Positions 30,313 to 45,200 of a stretch of DNA of 64,000 nucleotides are shown here, piece by piece. A program made the position numbers and the translations under genes. The notes under the pieces are model-generated. The model saw only the letters and a program-made list of their open reading frames with translations. It was not told where the DNA came from and searched no databases. Within the stretch, counting starts at the first letter, position 1. The number at the start of each line of letters is the position of its first letter. Source of the stretch: the human T2T-CHM13v2.0 reference genome, Homo sapiens; NCBI RefSeq assembly GCF_009914755.1, contig NC_060937.1. One strand, 5' to 3'.

Positions 30313-31683
30313 ATATTATGCAATATATTAAAAAAATTTAAATACTCCACATTCAATAAAAATAAAATCTAACAATCTTATGCCCATGCAACTCCAATTG
30401 CTAGTGAAAACAAGGCAGAGCAAACAGATCATTGGTAGAAAGCAGTTGTATATATATAGATGTGTGTGTGTGTATTTATATATATGTAATATACATATAG
30501 AAGATATCTATACAGTCGCAAATGAACCAATATGGCCTTTCAACACCAAAGCACATTGACACTTTAAAGACATTTATTCCTGGTGTAAGAAAAATGTTAA
30601 GTCACTTATAATATGTATTAGAAAAAGAAACAAAATAATGAATCCATTTCTGTGTATTTCAGAGCTTTTCTGTGTATTACAGGACTTAGAACATTTTGAA
30701 AGGCAAAGAAAGCTGCTTCTCATATAGAACGAAGCTCATTTACTCTATTTAACAACAAGTCAGAGCAAAACACCTAATGGTTTTCAATGGGCCTAAATTG
30801 TTCTTTGAATTAAATATGTGCATGAAACAGTTTTTCTAATACATAAAATCTAAGAAGCAATTTTCTTTATTCCTCCTATGTGGTGGTACCTGCTTATATA
30901 CTTAAAAAGTCAAAATGTGAGGAAATCAACTTAATGAAACAAGCTAGCAAGATATTCACACATTTACTGTGGTATCTGAAAGCAAGAGTATAAGAGACAA
31001 AAGTGTTTTCTTATATAGATGGCAAACCAATAAAGAAATCAAGTCTTTTTTTTTTTCCCCGTGAGCTGTATTTTAAAACAGCATGGGCTTTTTGATAGAA
31101 CTTCTTAATCTAAAACTACCCAAAAGAAAATGAGATAAAGATTTTTGCCAACTCACTGATGCTGTCTGACTTTGCCCCAATAGTCTTTGAGAGATTTTGT
31201 AAAGAACTGCAGCTTTCTTGCCCAGCAGCAGGATTTTTTAACCTGTATCATTCTCTATTTAGACTTTGGAAAATACTGCTTCTGTGTACTTTGGGACCAA
31301 TTTTAGGAATCTAAAGAACCCAAAATAGAATAATAAATCACCTATCATAGTCCTTAAAAATATTTAATAACAATATAAATGTTAAATTTATTTATGAAAC
31401 AAGGCTATAAACTGTCACCAATTTCAGTTATGTCCTGATGCACTATTAAGCAAAAATCCATGTTAATATAAATATTTCCATTGAAAATATTGCTCTGAAA
31501 TTCTGAAAGTTCATATTTCTTGAACTATGAAACTAAAGAATACATGTAAATGATGTTTAATTCACTTGTGTTATGCATATGACTGCATTTTCTTTAATTT
31601 ACATTTTGGTCAAAAATGTGTTTTTATACATTTCATGTATACTTTAAAAGCATTATATGCAGAAATGACATGGGAAGCTAAAT

Positions 31684-31710
31684 ACACACACACACACAAA
31701 CACACACACA
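31684..31710. repeat. (CA)n microsatellite
   Basis: acacacacacacacaaacacacacaca. Confidence 0.9.
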
Positions 31711-32214
31711 TAGAATTTTAACTAATTCACACATATCTCATAGGGTCACCTGTGTCTCCATCTTCCACATCTGATAACAAATAACCCTTTTCCAGGTGAG
31801 TACTATTTATTGAATACTTCTATGTGTTGGGTATATTGACAGTGGTGAGTATGTGGTGATGTTTCAGAGAAAGGTACAAATTATCATCTAGCAGAAAAAG
31901 CAAACATTTCAGTCAAGATCTGGCTACCAACATGCATCAGAGTGGAATATGAAACTTATATAGAAGGGAATGTAAGAAATAAGAATCTCTATAGCATGAA
32001 AGGGGACATCAGATATTCTGGTGTTAAATTTGTGGCAGAATTTTTCTTTTATCTCCATTTCCTTAAATTTTAGAATTCTCTGCCCAATCTCAATTGCTTT
32101 TTCCCTATCCAGGCAATAGTTAGAATGTCTTGGAACATGACTAATGTAAAGGATAATTAAAGAAAAAAAGTTTATTTTTCATATTTTGGATTTGAAAAAA
32201 GAATTTTCATAATT

Positions 32215-34307
32215 GGGACTTGTTATGCCAAATTGAGGAGCTCAGCAAATCCTCTCCTTAAGAAGAAACTATAAAATTAGACAAAATAATCTATAACAAC
32301 AATTTCTGGGTTGTGGAAATTAATCAAAGGTTTATAACCAATTATTAATCGAGACATGTTATTTTTGAAAATCTACTGAACTATTCAACAGGAAGATACT
32401 GGGGTATTCTTGCCTGAATACCACTCCCCTTACCTCTACCCCATAGTTTCATGGATCAAGCCAGAAAACCCAGTTACTTTTCTGAAAAATGGGGCTTATT
32501 TGGTTTGAAATGAAGAAAAAAATAATGTGCCTGACCAATAACATAGCAATCTTAGTAGCTAATGAACAGAGATGACAAAGGACTCTGCTAGCTTTAAATT
32601 GTAATCCTAATACAGAAATTTAACAGTGATATCTTGGATATGTTAAATTCAGAGAGGGTATCAGGAAGTTCTCCATATATCCCTTGCTTACTGTGTACCT
32701 GAAAGAAAAAAGTATAATGGAGATATAAGACAGCCTTGCAGAAAATAAAAGCTGGGGAAGACGTGAAAACTGACTGAACTGTTAATATACACCCTAACTC
32801 ACACACAGATCCATTAGCAGAAGACAGAAACTTGAAGTTTTTAATTAAAATTTCAGTGAATGTGTTGGCTGACCCCCAAACTAAGTAGAGGCAATCCCTG
32901 AGAGGTGAGATGAAAGGGGAGGGGAAATAAAAGCTGAGTAGAGACACAGATAGATATAAATAATGGTCATATACCTCAAGAGAAACAAATTAAATCCAAT
33001 AAGTGTGTTAAATAAGCAAACCAGTAAACAATAACAACTCTAAGTATTGTCTAATAACAGTAATAAGAATCTAGATTTGTTACAATAGTTGATCTAAACT
33101 ATCCAGTTTTCAACCACAATAAAACATGAGACAAAGAAATAGGAAAATGTGACCTATAGGCAGTAGAAAATAAGTAGCTACTGTCTCATACTTAGCATAT
33201 ATTTCAGGGCTCATATTTTAACAGACAAAGACATAGACAAAGACAGCACATATTTTAATGTGAAGCACGTATTTTAACAGACAAAGGCATCAAAGCTGCT
33301 ACTGTAAATACGATTGAAAAATCAAGGAAAACATGTTTAAAGAATTACATAAAAATATAACAACACTGATTCAACAAATAGTGAATCTCACTAAAGAAAG
33401 GAGTTATAAAAATAAACAAATTTGGAATTGAAAAGTTTAATGGCTTACAAAATTTGCTGGAGGTGCTCAAAAGCAGATTGGAGAATGCAGGAAAAAGAAA
33501 CAGTAAATTTGGAGGTAGATCAATAGAATTTTCTGAAAACCAGAGAGAAGAACAATGCACAGAAGCTCAGAGACTTGTGAAATAATGTCAAGTATAAACA
33601 CACACTCACACACATATACACATGCACGCACACACATAATGAAAGATTCAGAAGGGCAGGAGACAGAAAAAAGGGACAGAAAATTGTTATTAGACATATA
33701 GAAGAAACTTAGAAATAATAACAGAAAACTTCCTAAATATGGTGACAAAACACAAATTTGTAAATCAAGAAATCCTGGGAATTCCAAGTGGGAAAACCAT
33801 AGAGTGATGCATACCCAGCCATCATAGTCAAACAGTTGAAAGCCAAAAGATGCAAAACCTTGAAAGCTACAAGAGAAAAAGCACTCATCGCATACACTGT
33901 TAACACCAATATTAACAATTGGCAAGGGTATGGAGAAAATGTAAGCCTTGAACTTGTTTGTGAGCTTGCAAAATGGTAAAGCCCTTTGGAAAATAGTTGT
34001 TTTTTTTTTTAATTCTTAACAGTATAGACATAAATTTGCTATACAATCCAGCAATTCTACACCTGGTTATCTGCTCAAGAGAAATGAAAACATATGTTCG
34101 CACAAAGACTCTCTCATGACCATTTTTAACAACATTATTCACAATAGCTAAATAGAGGAAACAATCTATTAATTACCTGGTGAGTGGTTAAATGGAATGT
34201 GGTATACATATACACTGGAATGGTATTCAGCACTGAAAAGGTTTGGCTACTAAATACATGACCCCAAAAAACATTACACTAGTGGTAGAAGCCAGATACA
34301 AAAGACT
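32215..34307 (+). mobile_element. Old L1 (L1M4/L1MC-type): 5'UTR, ORF1, then a jump to the ORF2 end/3'UTR
   Basis: 5'UTR-like aactataaaattagacaaaata...acaacaatttctggg. ORF1 aaagcagattggagaatgcagg...aaatttggaggtagatcaataga. 3' part atacaatccagcaattctacacctgg...aagagaaatgaaaacatatgttc. Confidence 0.8.
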
Positions 34308-34369
34308 GATCCTCCCGCCTTGGCCTCCCAAAGTGCTGGGAGTACAGACGTGAGCCACAGCGCCCGGCC
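34307..34369 (-). mobile_element. Alu 5'-end fragment (~60 bp)
   Basis: tgatcctcccgccttggcctcccaaagtgctgggagtacagacgtgagccacagcgcccggcc. Confidence 0.92.
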
Positions 34370-35588
34370 AACTATATCTACTTTTAAATGCCTGCTTTAT
34401 TATCACCAGATTGTTCCAGGGAAATGGGAGGAACTTGCTTGTTTGCGTTAGTGATCCTTCTATGGGGTGACGGGGCAAGTTCCTTTTGATAATTTCTTCC
34501 CCCTCTTCTCTTTTGGTCCCCCACATTCTACTACTAATTAAACATGCAAAAATAATTTAACATATCTGGGCCAATGCTTTCTTATTTTTATACATGAGAC
34601 ATGAAGCAAGACTAGCTATAAGCCTCTTTCAAGAATGAAATTTTATGACCATATTGTAGACTATATGCTGCTTCAAGTATTTTGTGCAGCAAGTTTGGAC
34701 ATTTAATTAATGAGTCAATTAATTAAATCATTCAATATTGTCAAAAAGATAACTGAACTGACACTGACAAATACATAGCTTAACTGGAATGAACTGTTAT
34801 TTATATTAAATTTAATCTATGCATTAAAATATATTAAATATATTAAGAGGCAAGGACATTCTATGACATGATTCATAATAGTTTACTCAGAGGGTAAGAT
34901 TTTAGATACAGGATAAACCACATATTTTGCTGAATGAGAGTCTCATAAGAATATGAGCAATGGCAATAGGGTATAAGAATATGTGCACGGGCAATAATCT
35001 TGTCAGTAATTTAATTCTTCCTAAAAATATTTGCAATCTCCATGAATGGTTAAAAATAATATAAGATATCCTAAGTAATTTTTAAAACTATATAAGACTG
35101 TTTTCCAAGTAAATCCAAATAAATTTGTTGAACAATTGCCAATAAAACAAAGAGAATTACTAAGAGGTTACAAATGTGGGCAGAAGCTATTGAGGCCATA
35201 ACGACCTTTACTATGTTCCAAACAATGAAACACAAATGAAGTAAATCTAATGAGAAGACAATTGGAATACTAAAAGAAAGCTCCTGAAATGCAGTGATTA
35301 AGTCAGGTAAAAAAATAATAATAAAGTGCTGCTCTTGTACTTACTAAGACACGAAAAGGCAATTATGCAAAAAGACACTTAAAAGCCGTGCTACTAAGAA
35401 TATAGTGCTAATCTTTCTTAACACCCCTTCCTTTCAAGTACCACTTTCCCAATATTTCCTTCATTTGAAATTCCCTTCAAAAATATCCCTCGTGTTCGCT
35501 ATCATGTAGCATGTAGTGAATTTTTTTTCTGTCTACCATCAAGCTTACATTGTTTTACAATTAATACCTATTTCTTCATAATAATTAG

Positions 35589-35995
<407 letters not shown>

Positions 35996-37019
35996 TAAGT
36001 TCATTATTCCTGTGGGATTTTGGAGACTGACAAAAACAGGCCTTTCAGGATTCTATTTTATTTCTCACCTTATTCATCTCCAATCTCCATGTAATCACCT
36101 ATCATCACTTCGGACATAAAACATCTGCAACCTTAGATAAAGGTAACCACATGAACATTGGCATAGATGAAATTGAAAAGCCAAAGGAATTGACGGAAAT
36201 AGAAATATACAGGTGTTTCTCTGAGGGCACCTCAAATGGTACTAAGAGGGTGTATAGTCCACTAATTTAAGAGACCAACACAATGCATATATCCAACTGG
36301 AAGGAAATAAATCGTTATAGAGGAGAAGCAATTTCCAAATTAGGCCTTATCACATTATAGCCTTATTGCTGACAGTGCATCTTGTTATTTTTAAGATCAT
36401 CAGCTTAATAATTTGTGATTACCTGTTAGGATTGAAATGTTGAACAATTTTCTTATGACACATGTTATGTTATATATTAAGTTATAGTAACACATAGTAA
36501 AGTAGTAATATATATTAATATGTATAGTAAAGTAGTGATTTATATATACTAATTCTTGATTGATGATTTTCATTAACTTTGTTCTTGAATCTTGTCTCCT
36601 TCGTAGGTCAATTCACTACATTTTGAAGTTTTTTAATTCCCTTCATTTAGCAAAGGATAGCTATTCTTAAATGTGACTTTTCTAAAAATATTTAAAAAGT
36701 GTTATTTGATTTAATTAGAAAATAGTTTTTCTAATTATTAAATTTAAAATATTTATAAATATCAAAATATTTTTAAGCTGAAAAAACGGACATTGCTGTT
36801 AAAATTTTTGAAAAGTAATTTACTTAAAAATCACTTATAAAACCTGTCTCACATATTACAAATAATGCACACCTTATTTTAGGAGCTTCTTTTAAAAGTC
36901 TCATTTTTTAAAATGAAATGCTTTGGAGCATGGACATTTTATTTAGTTTCAATTAATATTGAATAATATAAAATTAGAATATTTCTCCCATTGTTTAGCT
37001 TGTGATAGAAAGCAGTTAT

Positions 37020-37520
37020 AAAATAGTGATTGGGTGCAAACCCTGGAGTTAAATTGCAGAGTTTGAAATCAGAACAATGACATTAGGCTAGTTCCCTTAG
37101 CTCAACAGCCTCCTATCATTATTTAGTTATAATGCTTTATAAAACATCTACAAGAACCAGGCACGGTGGCTCATGCCTATAGACCCAGCACTTTGGGAGG
37201 CTGAGGCAAGAGGATTGCTTGAGCCCAAGAGTTCAAGACAAGCCTGGGCAAGATGGCGAGACCTCGCCTCTACAAAACATATTTTAAAAATTAGCCGGGC
37301 CTGATGGCACATGCCTATAGTCCCTGCTACTCTGGAGACTGAGGCGGAAAGAATTCTTGGGCCCAGGAAATCAAGATGGCAGTGAGTTCTGATCATGCCA
37401 CTGCACTCCAGCCTGGGCAGCAAAGTTGGGCCCCGTTTCTAAAAATAAAAATAAACAAATATAATAAAATACCTCGAAGAGTGTCTGGCACATAGCAAAT
37501 ACTGTAAATTGTTTGCTATT
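37020..37520 (+). mobile_element. MIR SINE split by an AluJ
   Basis: ccctggagttaaattgcagagtttgaaatc before the Alu; agagtgtctggcacatagcaaatactgtaaat after it. Confidence 0.65.
37155..37470 (+). mobile_element. Full-length AluJ
   Basis: gaggattgcttgagcccaagagttcaagac (J diagnostics) and a degenerate A tail. Confidence 0.95.
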
Positions 37521-38439
37521 GTTACTTTCCCTACTTCAACTTTATACTAATAAAAATATACTGTTTCAAGCTTCTAAAGTGAGAACATAAAATAAAAAGT
37601 TGAAATTTGAAAATCTGACAAACACTAAATTTCAAAGAAAAGTAAAGTAAACAAATGTGAGATTATTCTCATGCTGAAGACTGTAAATGTTAGAAAAGTT
37701 AAATGGAGAAAAGCATATAAGAGATTACTGTTAAAGAGAGGAAAGCATAACATCTAAAGATAAAAATTAAATGAGAAAGACTAGAAAGACAAAGGAAAAT
37801 GACCAGAAAGTCAACTAATTAGAAAACTGGGTTACAAGCTGAAGAATGTAAAAGTATTAATGCATAGAAAAATAAGAAGCAGATCAAGAAGAGTGAAGCC
37901 AGACACTTCTGTACTCTGCCATTTTGGTTGAATTTATTATTGTTGTTGTTGCTGTTATGTTGATTTATTTGTTTTTGCCAGACTCCTACAGAAATAATTG
38001 TTGACTTTAAGGCTTTAAATATGCTTCCTTATTTTTAGTTTAACAAATGAAATCAGAGAGGACCTATTTGCTGGCAATTTTGCTATAAGATAACATATTC
38101 TGACTTATAAAATGTGGCTAATTTGATGGACAGGACACAACTCATTTTTGCTCTTCTTTGAGTTATGAGTGACACTGCACATCAGTCACTATACATTGGC
38201 CAACTACATCATACTTTTTCTTCTTGGAACTTGATTATTGAACACTTCGCTCTGGATTTTTATAATTTCTTTTATTTTGGATATTCCCTCTCAGTATAAT
38301 TAAAATTGACCAGTACTTAAATATCTTTAGTACTTTGTTGTTCTCGTTTCATCAAGAATGTTTAGATCTTTGTTCACATTTATAATAGTTAAGGTAACGG
38401 CATGGTTGGGAACAATCATTCTTCTGTACTTAATTGATT

Positions 38440-38600
38440 TGTGATTTTGAGCTGGTGTTTATTCCCCTGTGCCACAGTTTTCTCACCTAACAGTAATGAC
38501 AGTAACTGTCTCCAAGGGTCTTATGAGTATTGCATAAATTAATTCATGTATAATGGTTAGCAAAGGCCTCAAATGTAATAAGGACTTAATAAATGCTTAT
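38440..38600 (+). mobile_element. MIR SINE
   Basis: ccctgtgccacagttttctcacct...agggtcttatgagtattgcataaattaattcatgtataatggttagca. Confidence 0.75.
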
Positions 38601-41119
38601 GATTATCTGCTTGTTTACATTAACTCGGGCTTATTTATATTTTCTTTCCCTTTGTTCAATATTTTTGGTTTTTTGTTCTATTCAGGTTTACTGAACACTT
38701 TCACAGTTTACTCTCATAGATTATTCCTGGTATTCTTTAGTGTTAGTGCTTTGTTGATTTCTTGTATGATTATTTATCTATTCAGGATTTCTAAATATTT
38801 TTGAGAAAAAATTTAAACATATATTTAGGAAATATCTATTTCATCAAAATTTTAATATTGAGGTATAAAATAATTTAACAGTACCATCAATATGTAAACC
38901 TTCTTTAGTCTTCATCTAAAAAGGAAGCAATTTCTAAATGCTCTAATGAAACTATCAGAATCTAATATAAGATTTATGAAGAATTCAATAAGAAATAATC
39001 TCGTGGATTGTGAGATTCTCAATAAGACAGGGAGAGAAAAACTGACTTTGCCACTATGGTGGAAGGGCTAATGGAGGATTCTTTAGAATGAGTGTGGTGC
39101 TTATGCTGCTCACATTCAGTAAGGCAATGGCCAACATAGATTAATGAGGTGATAATAATAGATATTTAGATTGCTGGTGCAGGCCAGCTCTCGAAGAAGA
39201 ATTATGTAAGAAGCCAAACTACAATCAGGTAATGATGTAAAAATAAATTGTAAGAACTACTTTAGAAAAATCCAGCAAGTATCATCAGTCAGAAATCCAC
39301 CTGATATATTTACCTGTCTAAAGGGTACTATTGCACTGGATGAAAATCTTACTACACAAATTAAGATACACAAGTTTGTCACAGTTATTCATTTCATTTA
39401 AATAAAATTAAATTTGACTCTACTTCTCATCTAATTAGAGTGTATGGGGATGAAGAATTGATGCTTGTTGGGACCACTTCACTTTCCCAGTGTCTATAAT
39501 ATATACTTGGGGCATTCAACAGGAAAAAAAAATAGACACACACATCACAGTACTCATCTTTGGTTCACTATGGTTTTCACTAGATGTTCCCTGATCCACT
39601 GATCAAGTTACAATTGCTTTATGAAGGCCTGTGACTATCTAGAATGTGGTAGTGACACAAAGCAAACCTTGTCAAAACTAAAAACTGTCTCTAAGGCTCA
39701 CGCCTTACACAATGCTGCCTACTGCCCAGAGTCCCACCTTCACAGATGTTTCCGTACTCAATGTTCTACCTCTTGGTGAGCAATATGAGTACTGCTGGTT
39801 ATGGTAGAGAATCTGTCATTTCTCTGAGATGTTACGATGAAATGAGGCCGTAAAATTCTATTTCTCATGGTATACCAGACTTCTTTGCCCGTCTTAATTT
39901 TAGGGAGTCTCCTCTCTTTCTTTTTCTGCTTTACATGTGTGGATTCATATGAGAATAACTCCTTCAAGGGATGAAGATCCCCTTCTCGTTGTAAAATTGA
40001 GTAGGAAAACAAATTTGTTTTAGAGGGACTTCTGCTTTTGGCCTGGCAATTTAATCATTCTCTGAGGTACAGGAGGACAAAGTGTCTGGCAATTTATTTG
40101 AAGTAGTAAGATAACAAGTGTACGCAAAAATAGAGTGAAAACTGCTGCTGCTTCAAACACAAGGAGCTGCTAGTCGCCTTTATATTTAGGAAATATTGCA
40201 GTAAATGAACAAAGACATTTAGATTTTAGATCACTAGAAACATGGAGAAAACAATGAACTACATGAGAAGACATGAAATCCTAGGGCCATCATATCTGAT
40301 TAAAATGAACGACAAAGGAAGAAGTTGCTAATGGAGTAAGTAAACATTTTACCTGAGTCCACTTTAGCTAAGTACTCTTAATATTAAAATTGACAGAAAT
40401 TGCATAGCACACATTAAATGAGATGACTGAAATTCAGGAAAGTGGAAATTGGTTTTGATTTATTAATTTGATTTATTTTGCCCACAAAAATTAATATACA
40501 AATATGTGATAAAAACAGAAATGTCCCCAAATGCCCTTTTCTTAGGCAATTCATAAAATGTTGGAACAAAACCATAGCATGTGAGTGTCTCCACATCTTT
40601 CCTATCTTTAGTTTCTACTGCAGTTAATTATGACTAATGGAGTATGATTTCTTCGTGTGCTGGAGATTTGGGCAACTATAATTGGTGAATATTTTTGATG
40701 CAATGCATTTAGTTCTTAGTATAATTTTAGCAGGTCCAAGAAAAGATAATCAATTTCCTCCTGCTGATTCTTTGACCAGGCAGCTGGAGAATAATAATGT
40801 TTATCTTCTGTTCATCTTCTATGCTTTATTTAGGACTAGGAATATTTTTTCCTAATAACATGAAATGAGAAAAGATCCTGATTCTGTCTCTGTCTCTTTA
40901 TCTTTGTTTAATTTACCTTAACACTTGGAGGTTATATTGTTCATCCATTAAAACAGACAGTAATCTAGACCCTCAACATCATAATATTTACTGTCAGTAT
41001 CTAGTAAAGGTATTTTTAAAATATGAGGTCACAATCTCAAAATAGCTTAGAAATATTAGAGAAATTTCGGTCAGTAGAAAGAGACACAAACATGAAAGAG
41101 GTCATGGAAACAAGAAAGA

Positions 41120-42258
41120 CATTAAATTTGTTTTTTCAATATGTTCAAGGATAAAAAGTAAAAGAGAAACATAATGAGGAGAGAAATTGGAATATAAAGA
41201 AACCAGTTGGAACTTCTAGAGGCAAAATATCTGATATGAAAAGTTAATTGAATAGGATTAAAACAAATGATACATAAAACAAGATAATAAATATTCAAAC
41301 TGAAGCACAGACTAAAAAATAGTGGAAAAAAATGCATAGACTTATTGACCTTTTCAACTGTTTCAGATTGAGAACTCATAAGCATCTCAAATAAGATTTA
41401 AGTAAGAATAAATTTAACAAAAGAAGGAAGGAAGAAAGGGGAAAGGAAAAAATAAAATAAAGAAGTAACTATATCATGTTAATTAAATTTCTGAAAATTG
41501 GAGAATTAAAAAAAAAACAACCTCAGTAAGTGTTTGTGTGGCAGCGTATTACATACAAGAAAAAAAATCATGAAAAACAAATTACACTAGAATGACATTT
41601 TTAAATTTCTGAAAGTAAAAACTTAACACTCAACTTCTAATTGTATATACAGCAAAAAATTTATTAAAATATAAGTCAAGATGAAAACAATTTAGACAAA
41701 AATACAAGAAAAAGTAGATAAGAATTTTTTTATTGCTAGGAGACCTGCACTAAGAAAAACATTGAAGAAAAGTCTTCAATATGAAAAAAAGATACTAGAT
41801 GAAAATACATACATAAATAATTAATTGAAGAGCACTGAAATTATAAATATATGGTTAAATGTAAAAGTACATTTTTAAATTTATAATTTAATCCACAAGT
41901 AAAATGACTGTTAAAATTATTAGAATGTAGTATGAGGTTTATAGCTAATGCAGGAGTGAAGGTTATGATAATAATTGCCTAAAAACCAGGGAGATATGAA
42001 AGTAATGGGGTTTTGTAATATTCTTACACCATATTTGAAGTGTTAAAATATTATTTGAATGAAAATTGTAATTAATTAGCAAAGCTTCTTGCAAACTCCA
42101 GAAAAGTAAAATAAAATATATAATAGCTATTGATAAAAATCAATGAAAAAGATGATATATGCAAATCAATGTGTACAAAAACATGCTTGAAGTATAAAGA
42201 TACAGGTATTTTGAAAGTAAAATATGAAAATATGTACCATGTAAGCATACAAAATACA
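41120..42258 (+). mobile_element. Old L1 ORF1 to ORF2-start fragment
   Basis: aaaccagttggaacttctagaggcaaaa...tgctaggagacctgcactaagaaaaacattgaag...gaaagtaaaatatgaaaatatgtaccatg. Confidence 0.75.
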
Positions 42259-42261
42259 TTT

Positions 42262-45200
42262 GGAGGGAGTGAGACTCTGGGAATGGCATCGAGTAACTTT
42301 CCGTGAACCATCTCTACAGTGAAACAGACACTAAACTGGTGAAAATTATTAAAAACAGCCATCTAAAGAAATTGACCTAAAAGTATGCAGCAAATCAAAG
42401 TATCATTAATTTAATAAAATCTATAAACTTTTAGTGTGGTTAGAATATGTGGCATTTAAACCAAAAATGACTTTCGCCCTCAAACTGATCCTTCTAGCTT
42501 TATGTTGTGAAATATTTAATATTAGCGGGCATTGCCAGGAAGGACCGAGAACTCCTATAATCTACCCACCTCCCACTCCTAGGGAAAAGACTCTTCCCTG
42601 AATAAGGCCGGTAGGTCACGAGTTAACAGGCTGAAAAACCATGGATTCCCATCATCTCACCATCTTCTCAGCTCTCACTTTGTACAGTGACGATATCACG
42701 CTAAAATGTCTAATGAAGAAGTCTGTGGCTGAGACTCCATTCCTAAGTCTTCCACAAAGATCAGAAGAATAACTCTAGAAGAAGGCCACCTTGTCCATAC
42801 TATTCAGCTCCAGCTCAGTAATAAAGTGGTTCTACTCAGGCAGGAGAGTGAAGACGTGAGAACTCTTGGCCCCTTTCTCCTCAGGCTGGGTGACTTAAAT
42901 TATTCTGTCTTCAAGTTTACTGATTCTTCTGTCAGCTCAAATCTGCTGTTGAAGTCCTCTAGTAAATTTTTCTTTTCAGTTATTGCACTTTCGAGCTCAA
43001 TAATTTATGGCTGGTACCTTATCATTTCTGTCTTTTTATTGATATCCGCGTTTTGTTTTTTCTTGCTTCCTTTTGTTATTTGTCCAAGTTTTATTTTAGT
43101 TCTCTGAGCATATTTAAGACAGTTATTTTAAAGTATTTGCCTAGTAAATCCAGTGTCTGGACTTCTTCAGAGATAGATGTTTTGGTTTTTTTAATAAGCC
43201 TTTTGATTTTTTGGTTGTTGAAACTAGGCATTTGAATATTTTAATGTAGTAACTGAAATCAGAGTTTTCTCCCTTTCAGAGTATGCTTTTGATTTTATTT
43301 ATTTTAAAAACATTGTTGAAGGCTATTGCAGTCTGCTCAGTGACTTTTACCAATTTTTTTTAACAGTCTGTGACCTTTGTCATGTGTGGCACAAAACACT
43401 GTTTCTTAGCATGTATTCATTTTTGGTTTCTAAACTATTACTTTATTTGTATTTTCTATTTGATAAGACACTTTCACATGCTCCTTTTCTTCTTTAAGTA
43501 TGACTACTATCTCCTGGAGTGACTCATTTATAGCTAGGGATAATGTGGAGAAAGAAAAAAAAAAGTAAAGAAAAGTGAACAGAGATTAATGAAAATGTAG
43601 AACACCATACAGTAGATAATCATATGTCTTAAAGAGTTACAGAAGTGGGGGGCAGAATATTTTTTTAAAAAAGCTGAAAACATCCCAAACTTACAAAAAG
43701 CGCAATGAGTTCCAAATAGAACAAACACAAAAACATAAAGATCTAGACACAGTATTTCAAATTTGAAATAATGCCCCCCCCCAAAAATCTTGAAATGCAG
43801 CTAGAGAGTAATGACTTGTTACATATAATGTATTCTGAATAAGATAAAAAATAGATTTATGCTTCTAGGAACAATGATTATAAAATAGACAAAATGCAAT
43901 TTGCTAACATTATGAACGACAGAAGAAGCATTACTACACATCTTAACAACATTAAAAAATGATTAATAATTATTATTTTAATTATTTGCTAATTAATCCA
44001 ATAATTTCAATTAAATAAACACATCTTAGAAAAACCTGAATCACAAAACTGACACCAGAATATATAAAAGTGTAAATAGTTCTGTATCTATAAGAAAAAA
44101 TATTAATTTATAATTAAAGATCTTCCCCATGCCCTGCCCCATTACAAAATTTTAAGTCTAATTGGGATCACTAGTGACTTCTTTCAAATATTTAAGGAAG
44201 AAATAATACAACTCTGACATAAATTCTTCCAGAAAACAGTGAAAGAGCAAACACCACCCAATTCACTTTTTGAGGACGATATTATATTACTTTAGTAACA
44301 AATACAGATGAAGATATCACAAGTAAACTACCGTCTAATCTCCTTGATGAATATCCAAAAATTATTTACTTAATATTAGAAAATTGAACTCACCAACAAA
44401 TAACATTAACACTACTTCTCCATTAAGTTCGGTCTACATCCTGAGAGAAGTTAGTTTAATATTGGAAAATCAATAAATTGACTTCACCTTGTAAATAGAA
44501 TAATGGAAGAAAAAAACCATATGATAATCTCAAAAGATACAGTAGAATAATTTTATAACATTTTAGAACATATTAAAGATAAAAATTTCCATCTAACTAT
44601 AAATGGAAGAAATCATCCTTAACATAAAATATGACATTTAGAAATAATATATAGTGTACATTACATTTGATGGTAAAAGTCTGAATCTAATACAAAGAAT
44701 AATGTAAGCATGCTTGTACTATGTCTTCCATGGAAAAAACATTTTTTCTGTTTTTACCATGTCTTCCTAGCCAATATAAGTGAATCAAGAGAATAGAAAT
44801 GATTGAATAAAGAATTGTAAAGGAGGCTTTATTCACAGATAACATGATCACGTAAGATCAATATAGAAGACTGTGTACAATCTACTGAAAGAACGAATAA
44901 AAATATCAAAGTTACCAGATACAAGATTGATATATCAAAATTAATTGTATTTCTAAATAGTATAAATGAAAATATTAAAACAGAATTTTACAATGCCCAA
45001 AACACCCATAAAATAATTAGGCATAAACTTAAGGAAATATTTATAAGATACATACACTGAAAACTGTAAAACATAGAACTAAGTAAACAAACAGATATAT
45101 TTATGTATGGAAGAAACAATATTCTTAAGAAGTTAATTTCCCTCAAATAGAACTAGTTTTTTTGGCAATCAGTTACAATTTCAGAAGGTTTTGCTTTCAA

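Noticed and set aside
33467-33925. 152-aa ORF
   Set aside because: Antisense of L1 ORF1 including a CA microsatellite; a compositional artefact.
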